A stretch of 64,000 nucleotides of DNA from Candidatus Melainabacteria bacterium (GTDB lineage: Bacteria > Cyanobacteriota > Vampirovibrionia > Vampirovibrionales > Vampirovibrionaceae). The stretch spans positions 14,805-78,804 of the forward strand of contig CABHPA010000085.1 in assembly GCA_902168245.1 (NCBI GenBank), given 5' to 3'. A program made the position numbers and the translations under genes. The notes beneath the pieces are model-generated. The model searched no databases. It saw only the letters and a program-made list of their open reading frames with translations, and was not told where the DNA came from. Shown here piece after piece: positions 29,671-39,946 of the stretch. The first letter of the stretch is position 1. Every line of letters starts with the position of its first letter.

Positions 29671-30072
29671 CTATGATCCTTCCGGCGATATATCCTGTTC
29701 AGCCACAGACGCCTCGCCTTCTACCGGGGCTTCCGGTTCCACAGCATCTTCATCCGGGCCGCCATTCGGCTCGGAACCGGAACCAGACGCCACCAACACC
29801 TTTTGGGCTGGCCGATTGGGCCTTTCCTTTCGCTTTTTCTTTTTGCCCTGCGGGTTTGAAAGGATATCGCCGATGACATAGCCGATTACCCCCGCGCATA
29901 CCGCCCCGCCCAGGCTGATTAAAATTTTCTCGATAATATTCATGCCCGGCAGGATGTCCGTGGCAATCTGGGCCAGATCGGTCGGCTTGGCCTGCTGGTA
30001 GAAGCCCGGCAGGGCGGTCACAATAAAGGCCGCGCTGGCGCAAAGGCCCGAAATTCGGACAGACAGTTTCAT
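29671..30072 (-). CDS. Small membrane protein with glycine-zipper TM and charged tail
   Basis: GGAVCAGVIGYVIGD glycine-zipper motif; KKKKRKER then acidic C-terminus. Confidence 0.4.
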   Translation of the reverse strand: MKLSVRISGLCASAAFIVTALPGFYQQAKPTDLAQIATDILPGMNIIEKILISLGGAVCAGVIGYVIGDILSNPQGKKKKRKERPNRPAQKVLVASGSGSEPNGGPDEDAVEPEAPVEGEASVAEQDISPEGS

Positions 30073-30144
30073 AATGGCATTTCCACAATAGTATAAAAGG
30101 TGCTTTGGGAATTTATGTTCAATCGGATCATCTCATTTCAGCCT

Positions 30145-32262
30145 TTAAGCCAGTTGGGCCATATCGATTCGCACGGTGCCTACCGCCGTAGCCCGCACGC
30201 TGGGGCCAATTTCGTTATAAGACAGCACCGCAATCTGGGGTAGCAGGCGCTCAATCAATCGACGGAACGGCAGGCGCAGGCGGGCATTGCATAAAATCAC
30301 CGGCTGAATGCCCTGGGTGCCGATCACCCGCTCAATTTCCTGGTTCAGCGCGGTAATCAGCCGTTGGGTAAACACCGGCCCCAGGGCCAACATTTGGCCG
30401 TCCGGGGTAAGCCCTTGGGCAATCTGCTCTTCCACGGCAGGATCGAGCGTGACCACGGGCAATTCACCGCTTTCTGGGTTCTGATGCTGCTTGCAAATAC
30501 TGCGAGACAGGGCCATGCGCACCTGCTCGGTAAGGTAATCCGGGTCTTTGTTCACCCGGCAATGGTAGCTCAGCGCCTCTAAAATCGTTACCATATCGCG
30601 CACCGAGACTTTTTCGCGCAGCAGGTTTTGCAGAATGATATGGATTTCGGCCTCGGTGAGGGTATCCGGCACCAGATCGCCCACCAGCGACTCGTTGACC
30701 TTTTTCACGTTGGCCAGCAGGTTCTGCACATCGGCCCGGCCCAGGATATCGGCGGAATTTTTCTTGATCACCTCGGTTAAATGCGTAGACACCACGGCAG
30801 ACGCGCTCACCACGGTATAACCGGCCACTTCGGCGCGCTCTTTTTCATCGGTCTCAATCCAAAGGGCGGGCAGGCCAAAGGCAGGCTCCTTGGTATCAAT
30901 GCCATCAATCGGCTCCGTAATATCCGGATCGGTGCTCATGGCCAGCCACAGGTCGGCGATGACTTCCCCGCTTTCGATGGTGACGCCCCGCAGCTTGATG
31001 TTGTACTGGTTGGGGGGAAGCTGAAGATTATCCCGCACCCGCACAGAGGGCAGCACAAAGCCCAGCTCCATGGCCACTTGCCTGCGGATTTGAGAGATCC
31101 GTTCCAGCAGGTCGCCCCCGGCATCGGCTTCAATCAATGGCACCAGCCGGTAGCCGATTTCCAGCTCCATCATTTCCACTTGCAGCAAATCCAGCACGTT
31201 TTCGGTGGTGGCCTTTTTGGTTTGGATGGCCTTGGCCCGGCTTTCCTCAATCACTTTCATCTCGGCCTTTTCCCGGTTGGTTTTCACCAGCATAAAGCTG
31301 CCGCCCACCGCCAATGCGCCAATGGTTAAAAAAGGCAGGTTTGGCAAACCAGGCACCATACCCATCACCAGCATCAGGCCGCCCATAATGGCCATGACCT
31401 TGGGATTCTGGAACATTTGGCCGCCAATTTCATCGCCCAAAGACATTTCAGAATCATTCACCCGCGTCACCAGAATACCCGTGGCCGCCGAAATAATCAG
31501 CGCAGGCATCTGGGAAACCAGACCATCGCCCACCGAGAGCGTGGTAAACGTGGCCGCCGCCTGCTCCAGGGGCATGCCCATCTGCATGACGCCGATAATC
31601 AGGCCGCCCACCACATTGATGACCGTAATAATAATAGCCGCAATGGCGTCGCCTTTTACGAACTTGCTGGCGCCGTCCATGGTGCCGTAAAAATCCGCTT
31701 CCCGCTGAATGTTTTGGCGACGGCGCTTGGCCTCCTTATCGTCAATCATTCCGGCGTTCAGGTCGGCATCAATGCTGAGCTGCTTACCGGGCATGGCATC
31801 CAGGGTAAAACGCGCGGCCACTTCTGAGACCCGGCCCGCGCCGTTGGTGATAACAATGAAGTTGATGATGATCAGGATAATGAAAATCAGCATACCCACT
31901 ACGTAATTGCCGCCGATGACAAAGTTCCCGAAGGCATGCACCACCTGCCCGGCTTCCCCGTGCAGGAGAATCAATCGGGTGGTGCTGACATTCAAACCCA
32001 GCCGGAACAAGGTGGAAAACAGCAAAATGGTGGGAAACGTGGAATATTGCAAAGGCTCTTGCGTATACAGGGTGACCAGCAGAATGGTGACGGAAAGCGC
32101 AATGTTCACCGTCAGCAGAATATCCAGCAGCAAGGGCGGCAGGGGAATCAGCATCATGGTGACCACCAGCACAATGCCAACGGCCAGCAACACATCGTTG
32201 TGCTTTAACAACTGTTTCCAGTTCAGCCGGGATATTTTTTCGCCGCCATTAGGCGCGCTCAT
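30145..32262 (-). CDS. flhA: Flagellar biosynthesis protein FlhA
   Basis: 705 aa; N-terminal 8-TM export-gate region and FHIPEP motifs (RFTLDAMPGKQLSIDADLNAG...). Confidence 0.9.
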   Translation of the reverse strand: MSAPNGGEKISRLNWKQLLKHNDVLLAVGIVLVVTMMLIPLPPLLLDILLTVNIALSVTILLVTLYTQEPLQYSTFPTILLFSTLFRLGLNVSTTRLILLHGEAGQVVHAFGNFVIGGNYVVGMLIFIILIIINFIVITNGAGRVSEVAARFTLDAMPGKQLSIDADLNAGMIDDKEAKRRRQNIQREADFYGTMDGASKFVKGDAIAAIIITVINVVGGLIIGVMQMGMPLEQAAATFTTLSVGDGLVSQMPALIISAATGILVTRVNDSEMSLGDEIGGQMFQNPKVMAIMGGLMLVMGMVPGLPNLPFLTIGALAVGGSFMLVKTNREKAEMKVIEESRAKAIQTKKATTENVLDLLQVEMMELEIGYRLVPLIEADAGGDLLERISQIRRQVAMELGFVLPSVRVRDNLQLPPNQYNIKLRGVTIESGEVIADLWLAMSTDPDITEPIDGIDTKEPAFGLPALWIETDEKERAEVAGYTVVSASAVVSTHLTEVIKKNSADILGRADVQNLLANVKKVNESLVGDLVPDTLTEAEIHIILQNLLREKVSVRDMVTILEALSYHCRVNKDPDYLTEQVRMALSRSICKQHQNPESGELPVVTLDPAVEEQIAQGLTPDGQMLALGPVFTQRLITALNQEIERVIGTQGIQPVILCNARLRLPFRRLIERLLPQIAVLSYNEIGPSVRATAVGTVRIDMAQLA

Positions 32263-33389
32263 TCGTCAGGCCTCCGGTTCTTTTTGACCTCGGCGTCTTT
32301 CGCCCGTTTTTGGGCCGCCAAACGGCGACCCTTGTTTTTAGAAAATACATAGGCCAATACTTCCGCCACGGCCACAAACAAATCCGGCGGAATCATGGCG
32401 TCCACTTCTATAACCGGGTACAAGGCGCGAGCCAGAGGCTTGTTTTCCACCATGGGCACGTTGTTCTCTTTGGCCACTTCTTTAATCTTCTGGGCGAAAA
32501 TATCTTTCCCCATGGCCACTACCACCGGGGCGGGGGCAATATCCGGGTCGTACTTGAGCGCAATGGCGTAGTGGGTGGGGTTGGTAATCACCACATCCGC
32601 CGTAGGCACCGCCGCCAACTGGCGAGTGCGGGCCATCTTCACGCCCATTTGCCGAATTCGCCCCTTCATCTGTGGATCGCCGTCCATGTTGCGGCGCTCG
32701 TCCTTGATTTCCTGGCGGCTCATGCGCATCTGCTTCTCAAATTCCCAAGCCTGGTAGCGCCAATCGATCAGCCCGGCAATAAAAAACATGGCGCAAGCCC
32801 ACTTGGCGATTTCTCCCAGAATATTCACAATAGCCGCCCAGGCCACCGGCACATCCGCCTGGCCCAAACTCAGCAGTTCCTGCATGTGGTTCTGGATAAT
32901 CATGGTGCCTGCCGCGCCGATAATGCCCATTTTGACAAAGGCTTTCAACACCTCCACCAATGAGCGAGTAGACCAGAACCGCTTAAAACCGTTGATGGGA
33001 TTGATTTTATCCAGCTTGGGGTAAATGGCCTGAATGGCAAACAGGGGTTTTACCTGCACCAGGTTGGACAAGGCGCCCAGAATCATGACCGTCAGCAGAA
33101 ACGGCAGCATGAGAACCACCATCGATTGAATGGTGCTGCCCACCAGCGAATTATAGTTCTCAAAGGTCAATGGCTTCAGCGCAAACGGGCTGCTCAATAC
33201 TTTGCCGAAGGTATACTGCATTTGCCCGTAGAGGGTGCTAAGGGCATATGGCCCGGCGAACGCCATGGCCCCGGTGGCGGCAATTAAAACAATGGCCCCG
33301 TTGAAATCCTGGCTCTTAACCACCTGCCCTTTCTCGCGGGCATCCTGAATTCGCTTGGCTGTTGGCTTTTCTGTTTTATCGTGCGCCAT
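32259..33389 (-). CDS. flhB: Flagellar biosynthesis protein FlhB
   Basis: NPTHYAIAL autocleavage motif; 4 TM; 4-nt overlap with flhA. Confidence 0.9.
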   Translation of the reverse strand: MAHDKTEKPTAKRIQDAREKGQVVKSQDFNGAIVLIAATGAMAFAGPYALSTLYGQMQYTFGKVLSSPFALKPLTFENYNSLVGSTIQSMVVLMLPFLLTVMILGALSNLVQVKPLFAIQAIYPKLDKINPINGFKRFWSTRSLVEVLKAFVKMGIIGAAGTMIIQNHMQELLSLGQADVPVAWAAIVNILGEIAKWACAMFFIAGLIDWRYQAWEFEKQMRMSRQEIKDERRNMDGDPQMKGRIRQMGVKMARTRQLAAVPTADVVITNPTHYAIALKYDPDIAPAPVVVAMGKDIFAQKIKEVAKENNVPMVENKPLARALYPVIEVDAMIPPDLFVAVAEVLAYVFSKNKGRRLAAQKRAKDAEVKKNRRPDE

Positions 33390-33403
33390 TCGCTACGCCT
33401 CCA

Positions 33404-34189
33404 TCAGGTTCTGTAAAGGCCCAAAAGGACCTTTACCAGATGGGAGTACTGATCGCCCAGCATGCCCACCATATAAGGCATACACCACACGATTGCCAGC
33501 AAGCCCAAACCCACTTTTAAGGGCATACCGACCATAAAGATGTTCATCTGGGGCATAACTTTGGCCACAAAGCTGAGCGCGATTTCGGTGGCCATTAAAA
33601 TGCCCATGAGCGGCACACCCAGCACCAGGGCCATTACGAACATATCGCTGGTAAGCTTGATGAACCGTTCCGCCATGAGTCCGCCCGTTAAATGGCCTTC
33701 CCCTATAAAATGCCCCAGCGGAATCCAGTTGAAACTGCGATCGATCCCCACGATTAAGCCATGATGGATATTCAGGGAGAGAAACACCAGGGCCGCAAAG
33801 TAGAAAAAGAACTGCCCCACAATAGGCGACTGGGTTTGAGTCACCGGGTCCAGCATGTTCGCCACCGAAAGGCCCATTTGGGTGCTGACGTATTCCCCCG
33901 CCATTTGCAGGGCGATAAACACCAGGTTGGCGGTAAAGCCCAGCAAAATACCAATCACGGTTTCCTGAATCGCCAGCAGCGCAAACTGGATTAAATCCTT
34001 TGGAACCACCAGATTGGCCGCATGCAATGGAAACAAAATCATGGCAAAAGCAAAGCTAAACCCGATTTTGGCCTGCACCGGAATGTTACGCATATTGAAG
34101 AGCGGCGCGCTGACCATCATCCCGCTGATTCTGAACATGACCAGCAGGAAGGCGATTACGGTATTGACGGTCAGCAAACTCAAATCCAA
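33404..34189 (-). CDS. fliR: Flagellar biosynthesis protein FliR
   Basis: 261 aa polytopic membrane protein in the fliPQR-flhBA order. Confidence 0.8.
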   Translation of the reverse strand: MDLSLLTVNTVIAFLLVMFRISGMMVSAPLFNMRNIPVQAKIGFSFAFAMILFPLHAANLVVPKDLIQFALLAIQETVIGILLGFTANLVFIALQMAGEYVSTQMGLSVANMLDPVTQTQSPIVGQFFFYFAALVFLSLNIHHGLIVGIDRSFNWIPLGHFIGEGHLTGGLMAERFIKLTSDMFVMALVLGVPLMGILMATEIALSFVAKVMPQMNIFMVGMPLKVGLGLLAIVWCMPYMVGMLGDQYSHLVKVLLGLYRT

Positions 34190-34210
34190 GCGGATGGATT
34201 CCTTTCGGGG

Positions 34211-34492
34211 TTATTTCTTGGGCGCCTGGGCCACCTCGACCAGTTGATGAAACAGCCGTTGAGAGTAATCCACCACCATCTGGGTCATCCACGGCCCGGC
34301 CAGCACCAGCACCAAAAAGGTCGCCAGCACCTTGGGTACAAAGGTAAGGGTGGATTCCTGAATTTGGGTGACCGCCTGCACAATGGAAATGGCCAAGCCC
34401 ACCATCAGGTTGATGATGAGCAGGGGGGCAGACAGCAAAATAACCAGCCAGACGGCATTTTGCAGCAAATCGATAAATACGGCCTCGTTCAT
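34211..34492 (-). CDS. fliQ: Flagellar biosynthesis protein FliQ
   Basis: 93 aa, two TM; conserved FliQ/SctS pattern. Confidence 0.8.
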   Translation of the reverse strand: MNEAVFIDLLQNAVWLVILLSAPLLIINLMVGLAISIVQAVTQIQESTLTFVPKVLATFLVLVLAGPWMTQMVVDYSQRLFHQLVEVAQAPKK

Positions 34493-34501
34493 GCCATCCC
34501 C

Positions 34502-35293
34502 CTAACCAAAGCCGGTTACGAGGGATTGGGAAATCAGGTGCCAACCGTCTACCAATACAAACAGCACCAGTTTAAACGGCAACGAAATGGACGTGGGCGG
34601 CAGAAACAGCATCCCCATGGATACTAAAATGCTGGATACCACCATATCGATAATCAGGAACGGCAGAAAGATGATAAACCCAAGCTGGAACGCCGTTTTC
34701 AATTCGCTGATGGAAAAGGCGGGCAGCAATACATAGGTGGGTACATCGCCCCGGTTTTTGGGCTTTTTCAACTTGGCAAGGCCCATAAACAATTCCAAGT
34801 CTTTCGAGGCAGTCTGCTTGAACATAAAGGTTCGCAGTGGGGTCATGGCCTTAGTCAGCGCCTGCTCCTGGGCCATTTGGCCTTTTAGGTAAGGTTGGAA
34901 CGCCTCATTGTTAATCTGGTTGAAGGTGGGCGACATCACAAAAAAGGTTAGGATCAGCGAAAGTCCTATAATTACTTGACTAGGCGGCAATTGCGGTGTG
35001 CCAATCGCTTGACGAACCAGGGAAAGGACGATCACGATTCTGGTAAAAGCGGTACCCATGACCAGAATCGCCGGGGCCAGCGTCAGCACCGTCAGCAGGA
35101 TTAGAATCTGAAGTCCCTTGCTCACATCTTGCGGGTTGGTGGCGGAACCTACTTTAATATCGAGGGTGGGCAAACCCACTTGGGCCAAGGCGTTCGGCAT
35201 CAGCACAAATAACAGCGTTACAACCGCTGCCAGAATCCATAACAGCCTGTTCAGCCTGACGCCATGACCACCCAGAATGCCTGTCCCGGTCAT
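34502..35293 (-). CDS. fliP: Flagellar biosynthesis protein FliP
   Basis: 263 aa; signal/TM N-terminus; conserved FliP core (TAFTRIVIVLSLVRQA..., FIIFLPFLIIDMVVSSILVSMGM). Confidence 0.85.
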   Translation of the reverse strand: MTGTGILGGHGVRLNRLLWILAAVVTLLFVLMPNALAQVGLPTLDIKVGSATNPQDVSKGLQILILLTVLTLAPAILVMGTAFTRIVIVLSLVRQAIGTPQLPPSQVIIGLSLILTFFVMSPTFNQINNEAFQPYLKGQMAQEQALTKAMTPLRTFMFKQTASKDLELFMGLAKLKKPKNRGDVPTYVLLPAFSISELKTAFQLGFIIFLPFLIIDMVVSSILVSMGMLFLPPTSISLPFKLVLFVLVDGWHLISQSLVTGFG

Positions 35294-35379
35294 CCCTGAA
35301 AATACTCCACACTTTCACCACGTTCCTCCATATTATGGAGTTTTAAACGGGCGCGTTCATCATCCAAACGGTGGAGGGC

Positions 35380-36540
35380 TTACAAACGGGGCTTTTTCAG
35401 CGTGGGCCTTTCCGGTCGAAGGCGGGCCAGTTCCTGATAAAGCTCTTTTTCCCGGCTGGACAGATTTTCGGGGATGATTACCACTACGGTCACAAAATGA
35501 TCGCCCTTATTCTGCCCGCTTTGCACCCCACGTTCTTTCAATCGAAAGACCTTGCCGGTTTGCGTACCGGCAGGCACCGTCATTTTAACCGGCCCGTTCA
35601 GGGTGGGAACCTCCACTTCGGTTCCCAGCGCCGCATCCGTCACCGCAAGGGCCACTTCCCCGTAAACATCCAGCCCCTCAATCCGCAGGGACGGATCGTA
35701 ACTGATTTCGATTTGCAAAAACAGATCGCCGTTCTCCGCGCCGCCCGCACCGCGCCCGCCTTCTTTAGCCACCCGCACCTTGGAGCCGTTTTTAACGCCC
35801 GCCGGAATCCGCACATCAATTTTTTTCAGCCGCACCAGAATTTTTTCCCCGTTGCAGGCGCTGCAAACCGAACCACTGACTTTTCCGGTTCCGGCGCATC
35901 GGCGGCAAATCTCGTTGTGTTGCACGTTCACGGTTTTCACCACGCCTTCGGATGCCTCCACGGGCGTAATAGCCGTTTTCACCACCACATCCTCCCCGCG
36001 CTGGGGTTTTTCCGGCCCGGCAGCCTTCGGCCCGTCTTTTTTCTGGCGAAAAACGCCTTCATCGGCCGCCTTTTTTGGCCCACCATCCGAAAAGCCTTTT
36101 TTCAGGAACGATTCAAACAGCTCGTTAATGGGAATATTGGCGGACTTCCCCCCCGCCTTGCCGTCATCGGCGGATTTGGACTTATTCTTGGGAGGCTCCG
36201 GGGGCGGTTCCGGCCTTGCTTTTTGATTGGCCGTAGGGGGCGGGCTGGCCTTGCCTTTGGGCGGCGTGGAAGCCTGCGGCTTTTTAGAAGCGGCCGTTTT
36301 ACCGGCGCCCAAACCCTGCATGGCTTTTAAAGTAGCATCGTGCATGGCCCGCTTGTCGGGATTGCCAAGCACCTCGTAAGCCTCGTTGATTTCCTTGAAC
36401 TTTTCTTCCGCCAGCGCGTTCCCAGCGTTCAAATCCGGGTGGTGCTGCCGGGCCAGCTTGCGAAAAGCGGCCTTGACCGTTTCAGGATCGGCAAACTGCT
36501 CAACACCCAGAATATGGTAGTAATTCTTGAAGATGGCCAT
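35380..36540 (-). CDS. J-domain protein (DnaJ/CbpA-like with a single CxxCxG zinc-finger pair and DnaJ C-terminal domain)
   Basis: YYHILGV...HPD J-domain; CRRCAGTG...CSACNG; DnaJ_C-like C-terminus; long Pro/Lys-rich linker. Confidence 0.7.
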   Translation of the reverse strand: MAIFKNYYHILGVEQFADPETVKAAFRKLARQHHPDLNAGNALAEEKFKEINEAYEVLGNPDKRAMHDATLKAMQGLGAGKTAASKKPQASTPPKGKASPPPTANQKARPEPPPEPPKNKSKSADDGKAGGKSANIPINELFESFLKKGFSDGGPKKAADEGVFRQKKDGPKAAGPEKPQRGEDVVVKTAITPVEASEGVVKTVNVQHNEICRRCAGTGKVSGSVCSACNGEKILVRLKKIDVRIPAGVKNGSKVRVAKEGGRGAGGAENGDLFLQIEISYDPSLRIEGLDVYGEVALAVTDAALGTEVEVPTLNGPVKMTVPAGTQTGKVFRLKERGVQSGQNKGDHFVTVVVIIPENLSSREKELYQELARLRPERPTLKKPRL

Positions 36541-36688
36541 GCAACCGCCGCGTCAGGTTATCCACGCTGCTTTCATTGTAGTCCATCTTTCCGGTCAGTC
36601 GCCATATTCACCCGGAGGAGTTTACGCGGGATTAATTCGGGGCAGTCGGACGGGGTGCAGGCCCCGCCTCCCCCATCCGGCAAAAGCC

Positions 36689-37819
36689 CTAGCCGTGCCG
36701 GGGACGCAGCAATTGCAACAACCCGGTCAGCGCAATGGCCGTCGTCAGCGGAATCCAGGCCACCAGGCCGGGCGCGACAATATCCAGGGAACCGAAACTC
36801 CCCGCAAACGGCACCAGAATGCTGTAGACGAAAATCACCAAAGCCCCGAAAGTCAGACCGTATACCCGGTTGGTGCGCACCCGCTCCATGCCCAAAATGG
36901 CGCCCAGCAGGGCAAAAATGGCGGTCGCCACCGGAGCCGACCATTTTTGGGCCAGCCGAACCTCAAAAAACGGCACATCCTGAAGCTGTCCACCTTCTTT
37001 CAACAACTTAATGTACTGCTTCAGTTGTCCCCAGGGCATCGCCATGGGGTTTAAGCGGGTGTAATCCAGCAGAATCGCCGCGTAACGATCGGTGCGGATT
37101 TGCTGCGTATCGAACTTGCGAATGTCCTTGTACACGCCCTCATCGTTCAGCATGTACTCAATGCCATCCACCAGTTGCCACTGGCGGCGCTTGGGCATCC
37201 ACTGGCCCGTGCGGGCGCGGAGAATGCGCGAAATCCGCACCCCGTTCTGCGGGGTTTCCACGTAGTAGAGAATAATGAAATCCGAAAGCTGCGGATTCTG
37301 GATTTGCCCGATCATAAAAAACTTGCTGAGTTGCTTCTGGTGGTTTTTTTCCACAAACAGGAAGTTTCGATCCGGCACATCCTTCAAACCATGGTCGGTA
37401 TAGGCTTTTTCCAGTCGATTGGCGGTCTGGGGCAACACCCACTCGTTCACGGCGGCATGCAACAACCCGAAAAACAGGCCAATCCACAAAACCGATCGCA
37501 GGATTCTGGCCGCGCTGATGCCGCTGGCGAAAAAGGCTACCAGCTCATAGTTCTGGCTGAGCCGCTGGAACAGCACAATGGTTCCCAGCAGCACCGCCAC
37601 CGGAATGGTGTTCTGCAACACTTCCGGCAGATGATACAAAAACATCAATGCCGCTTGCGGCCAGCTAATCTGCCCGGAAAACACATACTGCGTGAGTTTG
37701 AACAACGTATCCGGCGCCAGCCAGATGAGCGTGAACAAGGCGATGGCAAATACGATAATCAACACCAATTGGGTGCCGAGATACCTGTCTAGCAGCGTCA
37801 GCGGTTTGGCGAATTTCAC
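36689..37819 (-). CDS. LptF/LptG family LPS export permease (YjgP/YjgQ)
   Basis: LDRYLGTQL N-terminus; 6-TM architecture with periplasmic beta-jellyroll insert. Confidence 0.7.
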   Translation of the reverse strand: MKFAKPLTLLDRYLGTQLVLIIVFAIALFTLIWLAPDTLFKLTQYVFSGQISWPQAALMFLYHLPEVLQNTIPVAVLLGTIVLFQRLSQNYELVAFFASGISAARILRSVLWIGLFFGLLHAAVNEWVLPQTANRLEKAYTDHGLKDVPDRNFLFVEKNHQKQLSKFFMIGQIQNPQLSDFIILYYVETPQNGVRISRILRARTGQWMPKRRQWQLVDGIEYMLNDEGVYKDIRKFDTQQIRTDRYAAILLDYTRLNPMAMPWGQLKQYIKLLKEGGQLQDVPFFEVRLAQKWSAPVATAIFALLGAILGMERVRTNRVYGLTFGALVIFVYSILVPFAGSFGSLDIVAPGLVAWIPLTTAIALTGLLQLLRPRHG

Positions 37820-37831
37820 GGGGCGGCGCTC

Positions 37832-38551
37832 CTACAAGGTAAAATCTTCACCCAGATAAGTCCGGCGCACCATCTCGTTCTGGGAAACTTCCACGTTCGT
37901 ACCGGAGAAAATCAACCTGCCATCATGAATAATATTGGCCCTGTCCACTACCGACAACGTGGCCCGCGGGTTGTGGTCGGTTAGCAGTACGCCCAGGCCG
38001 CGCTCTTTCAGCAGCACAATCAGCTTTTGGATGTCCTGAATGGCGATGGGGTCAATGCCGGTAAACGGCTCATCCAATAGCAGGTACTGCGGGTTGGTGG
38101 CGATTGCGCGGGCGATTTCCACCCGGCGGCGCTCCCCGCCGGACAAGCTGATGACTTGCGCCTTGCGAAGTTTTTCAATGCCGAATTCCTGCAACAGGGT
38201 ATCAATCCGTTTTCTGCGCTCTTTGTCGGAAATGGGCTGGAATTCCAGCACCAGCATCAGGTTTTCTTCAACCGTCAGGCCGCGAAACACGGAAGTTTCC
38301 TGCGGCAGGTAGCCAATGCCCGCCTTGGCCCGCTCATGAATGGGCAAATTGGACAGCAGCTTGTTATCCAGGGCAATCATGCCTTCATCCGGCTTGATAA
38401 TGCCCACTACTGAGTAAAACGTGGTGGTTTTGCCCGCCCCGTTCGGCCCCAGCAAACCGACAATCTCGCCATGGTTGATGTCGAAGGAAATGTTGTTCAC
38501 AACCGGGCGGCCCGCATAGCTTTTGCGAAGATGTTCAACAACTAATGGCAT
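37832..38551 (-). CDS. lptB: LPS export ABC transporter ATP-binding protein LptB
   Basis: Walker A GPNGAGKTT, signature LSGGERRRVEIARA, 239 aa; adjacent to an OstA-like gene. Confidence 0.85.
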   Translation of the reverse strand: MPLVVEHLRKSYAGRPVVNNISFDINHGEIVGLLGPNGAGKTTTFYSVVGIIKPDEGMIALDNKLLSNLPIHERAKAGIGYLPQETSVFRGLTVEENLMLVLEFQPISDKERRKRIDTLLQEFGIEKLRKAQVISLSGGERRRVEIARAIATNPQYLLLDEPFTGIDPIAIQDIQKLIVLLKERGLGVLLTDHNPRATLSVVDRANIIHDGRLIFSGTNVEVSQNEMVRRTYLGEDFTL

Positions 38552-38601
38552 TTTGAGTGGGTTCCACGCTGAAAGACAAAACGGGAAAGGAGGGAACCGT
38601 C

Positions 38602-39798
38602 CTAGTAGTCGGAAGGTTCGTCCTTGGGCAGGATTTTACCGCTAACCTGGCCCTTGGCCGGCGCCTTGGCGCTGCCTGCCGCCGGTTTTGCGGCTGTTGA
38701 CTGGGACGGTTTCTGGCTCGGTTTGAAGTTTACCTTTACATTACCCACCGCGTCAAAGTTTTTGGGATTGGTCGTAATGGTGATTTTATCGGCGGTAATG
38801 GTTCTGCCGGTTTCCACGATGGTAGGGCGTCCGGTCAGGAAAATGCGCTCCAAATCATTATTTTTGAGCTTGAAAGTCGCCTTGGGGCCGGTCGCCACGT
38901 AATCGCCGTAAATAATTTTGACGTTGCCGCTAGCGATCATGGTGTCGGAGTTTTTGTCGTACTCCTGGTAATCGGAGGTGATAAACACCCTGCTGGGGTT
39001 ATCGTCCGGCGATTGGGGTTGCGGCGGAGGGGCTGGCTGGGCAGGGGCGTCCTGCTTTTTAAGATCCACGCGGGTTTTCACGTTATGCTCGGCAATCAGG
39101 TTGCCGGAATCCACCATCACCGTAATGCGATCGCCGTGGATTTCACTGTTTTCCTTCTTGATTTGCGCGCCGCCGGAGAAAATAACGCGATCCGCCTTGC
39201 CGTTTTCTTTCATCCGCACGTTGGCCAAGGAACTCATGGCTTGCGAGCCTTGATAATCCACATGCACGTTGCCGCTGGCGGAAACGACCTTGTTCTTGTT
39301 GTCGAATTCCTGAATATCGGAGCGAATATGAAACGGATCTGCGGCCACGGTAGCAATGTGAGAATCCACGTTGCCTTGCGCCCCATAGCGATCATCGGCC
39401 AGATAGACCTTGATCACGTCGCCCACCACCACGTCTTCGCCCAATGTAGGCTTAATACGCTTGAACACCGGGCGCTTGAAGAAGTTGGCCACTTGCGGCT
39501 TCCCGGCATCGTCCATTTCCACTTCGGCAACGGGGCCGCTAATGCGCATATCCTGGTACGCAACAGTCACTTTACCGTTCAGGAAATATCGTTTTTGGGC
39601 CAGGTTGTAATTCTGCTTGTCGGCGGTAATCCGAATGGAATTGGGGTCCGGGGTGATGGCCGAGCTGGCCGATATCGCCAGCATCAACGGCGAAAGCGCC
39701 GTAGCCAGGGCCACAGTAAGAACTCTTCTCATAACAATAGAACTCATCATTACCTGCGGTTGGGAATGCCTTATTTCGAAACGAGGGATCTGTATCAC
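38602..39798 (-). CDS. LptA/OstA-like periplasmic protein with duplicated OstA-like domains and Pro-rich linker
   Basis: Signal peptide (start possibly at the later Met near 39750); two OstA_N-like beta-jellyroll segments separated by PAQPAPPPQPQSPDD. Confidence 0.55.
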   Translation of the reverse strand: MIQIPRFEIRHSQPQVMMSSIVMRRVLTVALATALSPLMLAISASSAITPDPNSIRITADKQNYNLAQKRYFLNGKVTVAYQDMRISGPVAEVEMDDAGKPQVANFFKRPVFKRIKPTLGEDVVVGDVIKVYLADDRYGAQGNVDSHIATVAADPFHIRSDIQEFDNKNKVVSASGNVHVDYQGSQAMSSLANVRMKENGKADRVIFSGGAQIKKENSEIHGDRITVMVDSGNLIAEHNVKTRVDLKKQDAPAQPAPPPQPQSPDDNPSRVFITSDYQEYDKNSDTMIASGNVKIIYGDYVATGPKATFKLKNNDLERIFLTGRPTIVETGRTITADKITITTNPKNFDAVGNVKVNFKPSQKPSQSTAAKPAAGSAKAPAKGQVSGKILPKDEPSDY

Positions 39799-39946
39799 GA
39801 CTTTCTTATCATCCTATGATAGAACAAACACCTGAAGTTGAGAGATGCAAAATACAAGATTTTGTTCTGCCTGAGGTGATTTTTAGCCCACTGGGCTTCT
39901 TCGGGCGGCTGCTTCAATATGATACGCCCTGCGCCCTTGTGTTACA

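Noticed and set aside
35371-36330. 319-aa plus-strand ORF antisense to the J-domain protein gene
   Set aside because: Arg/Gly/Phe-rich low-complexity translation, no start context, fully overlapped by a recognisable DnaJ-like gene.
39013-39819. 268-aa plus-strand ORF antisense to the LptA-like gene
   Set aside because: His/Gly-rich low-complexity product; the minus strand encodes an OstA-like secreted protein.
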